Source of the DNA: Camelus dromedarius
Lineage: Eukaryota
Assembly: GCF_036321535.1 (NCBI RefSeq)
Contig: NC_087472.1
Location: 91,762,001 to 91,826,000, forward strand
Length of the DNA: 64,000 nucleotides
Direction of reading: 5' to 3'
The notes beneath the pieces were generated by a model. It was not told the origin of the DNA. It saw only the letters and a program-made list of their open reading frames with translations, and made no database searches. Made by a program: the position numbers and the translations under genes. Below are positions 52,832 to 64,000 of this stretch, piece by piece. How positions within the stretch are numbered: the first letter of the stretch is position 1; every line of letters starts with the position of its first letter.

Positions 52832-53649
52832 AGGGTACATCAACTCATTTATAAAACGGAAACAGCACACTCTCCCCCATTTTCATGCCCTTGATCTTCT
52901 CTTCTTAGCACTCTGTAGTGGTCACTGTCAAGTGACTAGCACACTTTTGGGTCTGGAGTGTATTCTGAAGAGCAGTGAATTAAATGTTAAGACAGTTAGA
53001 CCCACCCCCACCCCTTCTCAGAGTTTACATATCATGCCGCCATTAGAAGGGTAGAGGTGGGGAATGAGGTGGGACAAGGAAGAGATTCAGGGCTCTGATT
53101 GGCGGGGCCCTCCTATGAACAAGTGTTCTTCTCATGGTTTTTTTTTTCTTCCCCAAATGGCAATGCTGGCATTCGTTGCACTGCTCTCTGAAGGCCCACA
53201 TTGGCCCTGCTGATCCTAGGCAGAACCCAAGAGAGGATCCGGTGCTCCTTGTCCCATCGGATAGATTTGTCCAAGCACCCCAAGGAAATGTTAAAAGCAA
53301 AACAAAATCAAGGAAAGGAAATGAAAACCCATTCTAAAACTAAACTAATGAAGCAAAAAAGGGTTTTCTATCTATACAGAAGTCTCTTCTTTAAAAAAAT
53401 GTAAATTTACAAATTCCAATGACATATAAAACAAAGTCAAAAAATGTAATGGTAAGAGACGTGGTAAAACAGGAAGACACTGATGCTACAAAGAAATTGC
53501 AAAAAACATATGTACAAGACCCTGTTTCTCCTCGTGTTCTAGAGATTGTAATGCATGTTTTTAACAGCAGCAGTCGAGGATTTAGTTCCAGGCACTGGAC
53601 TGCAGACTCCACGCAAACTCCCAGGGACTGGACGTCCCTTGCTTTTCTG
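52257..53649 (-). other. IL1RAPL1: IL1RAPL1 proximal 3' UTR, drawn to the first canonical AATAAA I found
   Basis: Follows the stop codon; tttatt on the + strand at 52257-52262. The true 3' end cannot be determined from sequence. Confidence 0.55.
52732..52830. repeat. T-rich tract followed by (AT)n
   Basis: Directly visible; reads as A-rich on the IL1RAPL1 sense strand. Confidence 0.9.
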
Positions 53650-54390
<741 letters not shown>

Positions 54391-54672
54391 TCAGAATAAG
54401 TAAATTGAACATTTGGTCCAGAAAGCCTCGGTAGACTCTCTCTTTCTCTCACATTTAATGAGAATTGCTGGCTGTTGGGTAAAACTCTGAGAAGATGAAA
54501 ATAGCCAATGATCACTTTGAATAGTGTATGGACTTTTCTTCTCTCAGTGTTAGAAATAGTTTCCCAGGTACAAATCGCTCATATCGTTTCTTTAAATGTC
54601 AAGGCTCATAACATGAGATGCTTTATAGAATAATGGAAGTAGCTCTTCAGGGGTATCAAAACTTATTTTTCA

Positions 54673-55014
<342 letters not shown>

Positions 55015-58000
55015 TCACTACTCTACAAAAAAAAAAAAACAATAGGACATGAAAAGATTCACTTCTTTTCATAAACATCTCCAAATGTCCCACTTCTCAG
55101 AGACCAAAGAAGAGTCTTCGCTGATTTTCATTAAGAATTCAATAATGCCTAGTATTCTGGAACTAATTTGGGGGTATGAGGGAGGGTTATATTTTTCTGT
55201 TGTTATTATTAAGACAGTAAGAGAAAAAAATAATGAAAAGAACAATGAAATGTTAACTTCCATACTTTTCATGCACAGATCACAGAGAAGAATCTTGATG
55301 GCTTCGACATATTTGGATAGTATGTTCTTAGTCAAAATAATTGTACACCACCTAATCCTTCCTTTGGTGATTTTACTCTGTTGATAAAAAACAGAAAGCT
55401 GAAATGGGCTTGATTGTGGAAAAATGATTTTTAGGTTGTGTGCACTGTGCTGGTTTTCTGTTGAAGAGAAAATAAAACCAAACTTAGAATAATTAACTTT
55501 TTATTGGGAGCTGGTTCTTGGGTCTTAGGACTGAGACTATCAGCACACTGAATTATAGAAAAATATATTGTTTTTTGGATCTCCACTTATCTCATATATA
55601 AAATATCACCAAATGATCATGTTAATCAGTTTGATGATAAGAATCAAAACTACAATATAAAATGGATGAAACTTAGTTCTAAAATATGATTTTGTTCCTC
55701 ATCCTTCCCCTTTTTTTTAACAAAAGAACTCTTCAAATATTTGATGGCTACAATCATGCATTATCTTCATCTTAATTTTTTAACTTAAACATCCCCAAAT
55801 TCTCACTTGTTGCTTCTAAGAAGAAGAAGTCATTTATCTTCTGCCTAGTCTTTCATTTGTCAATGTCCTTTTCAGAGTGTGATATCAGGATTCATAATTC
55901 ATCTCAATTCTAGATACTGTCAATACAGTGAGTCTATTAATACCAATATCCTTAGCTTTCTTTTGTGCTTCTCTGATGATTGTCAGCATATTACTTGATT
56001 ATTAGATCAAGCTGCATTGAAACACTCCTAAATTCCAGAACAAAATGAACTTTGCATTTAGCATAGATAATTAAAAACTTTTGGAGTACAAAACATCAAA
56101 GACAGACAGGCATCCTTGACTTGCTCTCGGTGGCTTTGGAACACTCCTTTTGCCTTCAGGGACACTAAAGCTCACTTCCAAAGATCCATATATGTGTGTT
56201 CATTTTAGTAGTCTTATAATTGTGAGCGACTTAGAAGTCATTCTGCAACTTGTTAGAGAAAACTCAGAAAGCTGTTTACTTTATCTAAAGTTAAAATAGG
56301 TGTATAAGAAACTAGTAACTACACTACAGGATCCCTGGGAAAACATCTTTAGCTATGGGAGACTTTTTTAAAGCAGCTTTCAGGTTAAAAAAAAAGGTTA
56401 AAAAAAAAAAGACCGTCCCAAACATGTCATATTTTGGTATTTGGTATTTTCTTTATTCTTCAACCAGGATATAGTTGTACATATTACAAATAAAATTTAA
56501 TTTTCACGAAAAACAATAATCATATTTGTTATACCATGTCTGTACACATATGTCAGGAGTCTATAGTGGTATCATTTTGTTGATGTAAACACTTTAGTTG
56601 ACTAAGAAATCGTAGAAAATAGCACAAATAAAGCTATAATACCAGTTAATATTTAATTGAAATGTCCATTTATTAGATATTAACATGCCATATCTATGAG
56701 ATAAAAATCTTCCTTTATTATATGGGTCAGTAGCTTCCAGTCTAGTAGAATATGCAGACAAGACAACAGTCTATTTCCAGAGGATCAATGTGTAGTTGAT
56801 CTAAGAGTAGTACAGGGGTCATGGGCCAAAAGGAGGACTCTTTAAGTCAGATGGCAGATTGCAGAATGATTTCATGCATGGACTATTTTCTTTCTGGGAG
56901 GGTGCTCTCCAATTTTCTACAAAGTACTACAAAGTGTTGAAGTATGCTCAAATCTGGCATGTGTAATGTCTAGATCCTCATTCCTTGACCTTTGTCTTCC
57001 GTAGGCTTAAAAATCTTTGAAAACCACACCAACATGAACACTGAAAAGAATAGAGCACTTATGACTCAGAAGAGATGTAAACAACTGTTCCCACCAATAC
57101 GGGTAAGTGATACTGCTTACATGACACTGTTTCTGGTTCCTCCGCCTCCTCCATGGACATCTCTATTCCAATCTATAAATGCTGTCATTTCTCAAGATGT
57201 TTTCTATGGCTTGCTTCGTTTTTCTCTCAGCCTTCTTTCCCTTAAAAATCCCCTTTCTTTCCATGACAACAACAGTCAATTCTGTGTAGATGTCTCCCTA
57301 ATTTACATGTCCAATCCTGTTTTTTTTCTTGTGAACCTGTAACTTGAACCCCTTAATTTGGATGTTCAGCATGCATTTCACATTCAACATGTTCACAACA
57401 TAACAAGCTTCCCATCTCACGCCTTCACATTTTATTTCGCTTAAATTTTATAGTAACATAATAATCTCACTTCTTTAGTCTCCAAACTTCAGATGCATGT
57501 TCCACTTACTCCTTTTCATTACTAATAATCTCATAGCCAATCAGTGGTAAAATTCCTTTGGGTTTTATGTCCATCCTAGGTGAGGTCCTACTCTTCTCAA
57601 GTGTTATATTTTATGGTCTTCCCTCTCTGTTTCCTTATTCTTCTTGCTCATTCCACACAGAATCACAAAATTCATTTTTCCAAACCTCACCACTGATTAT
57701 CTTTATGGTAGCTTGACAAATATTTATGGCTATCCATTGTTATAAAACCAGTAGCTAACGCTGCAGTTGATTTCCCTTGAATTTGAGTCTGATATCTTTG
57801 AGTTAAAGGTGAACTCTTCTCCCATGTATTATATAATTCTACTCACATCTTATCTTCTTTCTTTGACCACAAGATCCTTGACTCAGATATATGACCAGGG
57901 CTTAGTACATGTTCAAATATCTGTTGATTAAATGAATGAATGGCCTCTCATTTGGGTATTACATGACTTATATCTTATAGCCAGTGTGGAGATTTTCTCA

Positions 58001-58187
58001 AGACTTGGGCCGTTTCCTACGAGAGATGGTTTCAGTGATACGCATTCCAAGTTGCCTGAACTCCTCAAGTAATTACTAGGAGCTATGGGGTTGAAGTTCA
58101 GCAAAGCTCCTTTGGGATAATCTCAAACTGTAGTTTCTCACTGTGACTCAATGGAAGACCTCAGAGTTCTTGTAAACTTCTCTGAAA

Positions 58188-58376
58188 AAGTGGTTTCCAG
58201 ACTTAAGCATGAACAGTAACAATTAGAAAGGCTTGCTAAAATACAGATTGCTAGGCCCCACCTCCAGAGTTTTTCATTTGGAAGATCTAGAATAGGTCCT
58301 GAGAATTTACATTTATAGCAAACTCTCAGATGATACTGCTGCCGGTCCAGGGACAGAGGTTGAGAAACTCTGCTCT
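58188..58376. mobile_element. MER5A-like hAT MITE
   Basis: agtggtttcca..aaaatacagattgctaggccccacctccagag..cctgagaatttacattt..ttgagaa. Confidence 0.7.
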
Positions 58377-60983
58377 AAGACAGGGTATAGGCATCCAGAG
58401 GTCTCAAAGGCATCAAAGAATTGAAATCAGCTGCCAGGTAATGGAATTAGAGTACCATAAAACCTACACACTGCAGCCTCAGCTCCATAATAAGTGATCT
58501 TGATACTTACAGGGCATGTGCTATAAATAAAATAGCTGAAAATTCACACTTTCATCAAAAAGGGGATAGATTCTTGTCTAGACTAATATATTCAGTAACC
58601 ATATTAAGCTTATGAACCTCAGGAATGAGTGCTGTGGTCTCAGTGAGTTTCTATCTCTTTATATCAGGTGGATGAGTTTATAACATTTAAGCGAGTATCT
58701 CCTAGATAAAAGGGAGTTGCTCAATGTAGGTTATATGGGTAGTAAATGTGGCTAAAAAGCCCCTTGCAAGCATCTGAAGCAGCATCCTCCCTCAAATTAG
58801 CGGGACACTTGATTGATATCTAACTCCTCTTTCCCCAGAGTCTATGTCAGTGCAGTAAGGAGCTAGGCATTTATTTACCATCAGAAACAAACTCCTGGTT
58901 TGAAAGTTATCAGACTGCAAATACTGTTCCAGATATCATGCTAAATTCAGCAATATTTTCTGATTCAAAATCATATGAATTCTAAGATTTCTTTTCTCCC
59001 CCAGTTACCAGCTGAATATGAATCTTAGGAAGTATCTCTGAGATTGTTTTTGATATCTCTAAGAACATATATTGACTAATCTTAATGTGTATGATCTTCA
59101 TGTGACTGGAGAAACTAAAAAATTGAGATTATTTTTATAACCACAGAAAAAAACAAAATTATGCTAAAATTTGTAAAGGCTAGGTCTGTAACCTTTTAAA
59201 TTCAACTTAATTTTATAAACAGCTTAAAACTAGTTAGCCATAACAGGGTAGTACAATAACATATTTCTTATTCTGAACTTTATTCCCTAAATTTTATTTT
59301 CTGTAATTTACACCCCTAACTATAATTCTATTGACTACAGAGATGAAAAGCAGCTGATGTACACACTCTTTGTAATAATCTTCATAAACTCTAATATAGT
59401 CATTGATTTACTCTTTTCCATGATTTTCAAGAGATTCTGACTGCTGCAATGTCCCACAAAAAAAGAAAAAGAGGAGTGACATCAGCAAGATGGCCCAATA
59501 AGATACCCTTTGCACGTATCCTTTCAGCCACAGTACAGAGCCAGGCCTGCCCACTCAAGGACCCATCCAGCGACCAGGTAGAAGCTCTCTCAGGGACCTG
59601 GTGGGAGCCACACTCATCCACATACCTGGTAATTGGTCCACTGAGTGAAGATCCAATTGTGAATTCTGATGTGGACACTTGTCCAATCGCTATCCTACTG
59701 AACAATGTACTAGAGGCAGTCCTGTCTACCTAGAGACCAGACAGGGCAAACCTGAGCTCCTGCTAACAAGTCTGTCAACCATGAACTTTAGTGCATCCCT
59801 GGCAACAGCCTCAAAACTGGCTCCAACCTAGAATGATTGTGATTCTGGAGGTAATCCCATTGGCCTGGGGAAGAGAATGGAGAACATCTTTACCTGCTAA
59901 AATCAGGCTGTAAAGACTAGAAGATGCATCATGGTTCCTGACTGCAGACCATACTACAAAATGATAGTAATCAAAACAGTATAGTACTAGTATAAAAAAC
60001 AGACACATAGACCAATGGAACAAAACTGAGAGTCCAGAAAGAGACCCATGCATATGTGGTCAATTAATATTTGACAAGGGGGCCAAGAATACTCCATGTG
60101 GAAAGGATAATCTTTTTAATACGTGATGCTGGGAAAACTGGGCATCCATATGCAAAAGAATGAAGTTAGGCCCCTATCTTACACTGCTCACAAATGTTAA
60201 TTTGAAATGGATTAAAGACTTAAATTTAAATGTAAAACTTGAAACCATAAAACTCCTAGAAGAAAACATAGGGAAAAAGCTCCTTGACATTGGTCTTGGC
60301 AATGATTCTCTGGATATGACACAAAAAGCACAAGCTACAAAAGCAAAAATAAATAAGTGGGACTAAATCAAACTAAAAAGCTTCTGTGCTATAAAAGAAA
60401 TAATCAATAAATAAAAAGGCAACCTACAGAATGGGAAAAAATATCTTCACACCATATATCAGACAAGGGGAGGGTTAATATCTAAAATATATAAGGAACA
60501 CATACAACTCAATAGCAAAAAGACTAATAATCCAATTAAACATGGGCAGAAGACCTGAACAGACATTTAAGATATACAGTGGCCAATAGGTATATGAAAA
60601 GATGCTCAATATCACTAACCATCAGGAAATGCAAATCAAAACTACAATGAGATCTTACCTTATACTTGTTAGGATGGCTATTATCAAAAAGACAAGATAA
60701 TAAGTGTTACAAGGACGTGGAAGAAAGAGAAACCCTTGTGCACTGTTGGTGGGAATGTAAGTTGGTGCAGCCACTATGAAAAACAGTATGGATATTCCTC
60801 AAATAATTAAATGCAGAGGTACCATATGATCCAGCAATCTCACTTCTGGGTATATGTCTGAAGGAAATAAAACCATTATCTCAAAGAGATAGCTGAACCC
60901 CAGTATCACTGCAGCATTATTCACAATAACCAATATGTACAAACAACTTAAGTGTACATCAATGAATGAATGGACAAAGAAAA

Positions 60984-60987
<4 letters not shown>

Positions 60988-61024
<37 letters not shown>

Positions 61025-61074
61025 TACACACACACACACACATACACACACACACATATATACATATACACACA
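60988..61074. repeat. (TA)n(CA)n compound microsatellite inside the L1
   Basis: Directly visible. Confidence 0.95.
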
Positions 61075-61404
61075 GTGGAATATTATTCTTCTATAAAAAT
61101 GAAGGAAATTTTGTATTTTGTGATAATTTGGATGGACCTTGAGGCAGCACGCTTAACTGAAACAAGGCAGAGAGAGACTGACAAATACTGCATGATCTCA
61201 CTTATACTGTGGAATCAAAAAAGCTGAATTCATAGAAACAGAATAGAATGGTGGTTGTCAGGGGCTGGTAAGTAGGGGAAAGGGAGTGACGTTGGCAAAG
61301 TAAACAAATGTCCAGCTATAAGACAAACAATTTCTGATATACAGCTTGGTGACTATGGTTAACAATACTGTATCATATACCAGAGAGTGCAGAGAGTAGA
61401 TCTT

Positions 61405-61585
61405 TAAAAAGGTTTTTTGGTTTTTGTTTATTTGTTTTTGTTTTTTGGGGTGGAGGTAATTAGGTTTATTTATTTATTTATGTATCTATTTATCTATTAA
61501 TTTATTTAATGGAGGTACTGGGGATTGAACCCAGGACCTTGTGCATGCTAGGCATGCACTCTACCACTGAGCTATACCCTCCCCC
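61405..61585 (-). mobile_element. tRNA-derived SINE, camelid Vic-1-like, nested in the L1 3' UTR
   Basis: Minus strand GGGGAGGGTATAGCTCAGTGGTAGAGTGCATGCCTAGCATGCACAAGGTCCTGGGTTCAATCCCCAGTACCTCC with A and B boxes and an A-rich tail. TSD CAGAGAG(T/C)AGATCTT at 61390-61404 and 61586-61600. Confidence 0.9.
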
Positions 61586-64000
61586 CAGAGAGCAGATCTT
61601 AAATGTTTTCACCACAAAAAAGAAATAGTTAAGTGAAGTGATAGATACGTTAACTAACCTTATTGTAGCAATCATTTCACCATATATATGTGTGTGTGTG
61701 ATATATATGTGTGTGTGTGTCAAATTATCATATTGTGCATCTTAAAGTTACACAGTGTTATATGTCATTTATATCTCAATAAAGCTGGGGGGAGAGAAAA
61801 ACAAATAAACAAAAAACATAAGACTCAACCAATTAAGTAGTTGCTTTGTTACTCATAGTCAAACAACTAGTACAGTAGAATTTTCTCCCTCAATTTATAG
61901 CATAAACTACTATATTTTAAAAACATATATTTGAGAGGAAAAAAGTTTGGACTCCAGAGTTAAGAAATAAAAATATGAGTTTAAAATATTATTAAGAAAT
62001 CTTGATGAGAGAAGGAAAATAGGAACTGTGTATCAGGAATAACAAAGTGGTTTAGAAAAATGATAAATTAGTATTTTTCTCTTTGACATATGAGAGAATA
62101 TTAGTAAATTCTCTTTAGAAGGACTGAGAAGTCAGAGAATCTGTGGATTTGTTAGAACAACAGAGCTTTCAAGAAAATGTAGACTGAAGACTCCTTTATC
62201 AAGATGAAGGTGGTGGCTATGTTGGATGTGGGCTAGGAGAGAGATTTACTGACAATATAAATGGCTTGAGATTGACATTCAGGTCTTTGGGAGTTTTTAA
62301 CCTTTAAACACCTACTGAATAGTCATCAGATGTTATTGACAGCTGGCCATTTCTTTTTTTTATTATTATTCTCAAATATTATGTCACATACATGAAACTG
62401 ACTAGCAACAGAGGCCATTATTCAGCAAATGGGTTACCAAAATGAGACCACGGTAGAGCTCAATGATGAATTGTGTATTTCATTTTAAAAGGCGATTTTT
62501 GATGCTTGCATGTAGCATATTAGCACAGAATTATGTGATCATTAAAAACTAACACTGACGTAACTTGAATAAATAAGAGTTTTTGAAAAATTAAGTCATT
62601 CCTTTCTTGTATCTCAGATTTGCCTTCATATGCTCTGTCACATTTCCAATATATAATTTTTCAATTAAAAACTCTGCAGAAATAGATAATGTATCTTTGA
62701 ATAAAAAACATTCAGCATATATTAATATTCTGACTTTGTGATTACTGAATGTCATTGTTTTAATAAATTCCCCTTTTCATGTCAATTCTGCCATGGCAAC
62801 ACCTGGCAATTACATTCTAAAATAAAGCTGTTTGAGTTTTAAAATTTGAAAATTTAATAATATTCTTCTAGTTTACATGTTTTATTATTTCATACTTTTC
62901 TGGACTATTTGAAACCATAGAGTCTTAAACACTGAAATGTGTCACTAATTAAAAAATATATGGCATAACATAGTGAAGGAAAAAACAAAAACAGCAGCTG
63001 AGCTCAAATCCTGACCATCATTAATTTTTATTTTACTCATTTGAGACTGTTTCCTGATCTATAAAATAGCAGTTCCGTAAAGGAGATTTCTAGGGTTAAA
63101 CGAGTCCCCATCATAAAATAAAATGCTTGGTTCAAAGGAGGCATTCAGTAGATATTAATTTCCTTCCCTCACATCCTTAAGAGGAGAGCGGGCAGCACAG
63201 ATGATAGAAGTTGTAATTAAGAGGGTCAGAGGTAGCAGAGTGGTCCAGGGAGCATGGAATTTGAGGTAAGAAGCCTTGATTCCTACCACTTAACAGCTTA
63301 CAATTTTGGGCAAGTTGTACATCAAAAACAACTACAGATTTGTCCTTCTCGAACTCAAAACCACATTCTAGATTGTTCATGTGTAGGCAAATTATCTAAT
63401 CACCACCACCAAAAAATACCCCCAAAATACAAACAAACAAAAAACACTACCTAAAGTGTTTCAAAATGATTTTACAGAAGTACTGTGCTACAGTGATAGA
63501 CATGAGGACAATAATTTCTGAAACTTAATACTGAGTAACCTTGTAATTGAGGGAGAAAAAAAAAATTTTATGACCTAAGAGTGCATAGATATCCATAGAT
63601 ATCCACGTATTTCATAGGCTTGAAATGGAACAGCTCTTCAAATTTTCCAGAGTCAATGCGTGAAGATTATAAAAGATTTCTTTAACTCATTTTGTCCAAT
63701 CCCTGTAATAACTCTCAAAGTAGAACTAGGAGAGATCTCTTTCTTCATCTTTAAAATAGGCATTGTATTAGTGATTACAGTGTTCTTTTAAGGTTGCCTT
63801 GCCATCATTGTGAATAAGCACACCCCTCACACCTCATACTCAGGGGCTAAAAAGAAAAACAAAACAGCTTGCACTTTCAGAGAAAGAAACATAAAGTAGA
63901 CTCACCCTGTCTAGCACTAGATCCTCTCCACAAAATTGAATCTTAAACCTGTTCCCATAAGTTATTCCCTTATGAAAACTTATGCAGTACCTTATCGACA

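Larger units (their letters stand above)
59471..61820 (+). mobile_element. L1 (L1MA-like) with 5' end joined to distal ORF2 and 3' UTR; intronic, antisense to IL1RAPL1
   Basis: Starts GAGGAGTGACATCAGCAAGATGGC. ORF2 3' sequence from about 59925 (ORF 60160-60366 KWIKDLN..KLLEENIG..KAKINKWD). AATAAA at 61778-61783 and A-rich tail. Confidence 0.85.

Noticed and set aside
60160..61227. L1 ORF2-like short ORFs
   Set aside because: Fragments with stops and frameshifts from a dead L1.
61510..61585. Possible tRNA gene
   Set aside because: It has an A-rich tail, TSDs and a related diverged copy at about 30.4 kb, so it is a SINE.
63895..63955. Strong minus-strand donor CAGG|GTGAGT as a possible further IL1RAPL1 exon
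   Set aside because: The nearest upstream AG has no pyrimidine tract and the sequence does not encode the expected transmembrane segment, so the preceding exon most likely lies outside the window.

Overview
AT-rich mammalian genomic DNA, most likely from a camelid X chromosome (inferred from two Vic-1-like tRNA-derived SINEs and from IL1RAPL1 being X-linked in eutherians). The only genuine protein-coding gene is the 3' end of IL1RAPL1 on the minus strand: a 171-bp penultimate coding exon (54813-54983) and the terminal exon (coding part 53650-54368) encoding the TIR domain and the C-terminal tail ending SSVIW. About 53 kb of 3' UTR and downstream flank follow toward position 1. The flank holds a full-length processed ferritin light chain (FTL) retrocopy with a 16-bp TSD, an intact IRE and a 4-bp start-proximal lesion. 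It also holds a CpG-rich promoter-like segment about 0.5 kb upstream of that retrocopy, a TSD-flanked tailless retrocopy of the 5' half of tRNA-Gly(TCC), and ordinary L1, L2, MIR, MaLR/ERVL and hAT remnants. I found no evidence of a novel multi-gene system; the best leads are retrotransposition products and candidate regulatory elements. Repeat family names are recognised from memory, and repeat boundaries are approximate unless TSDs are given.
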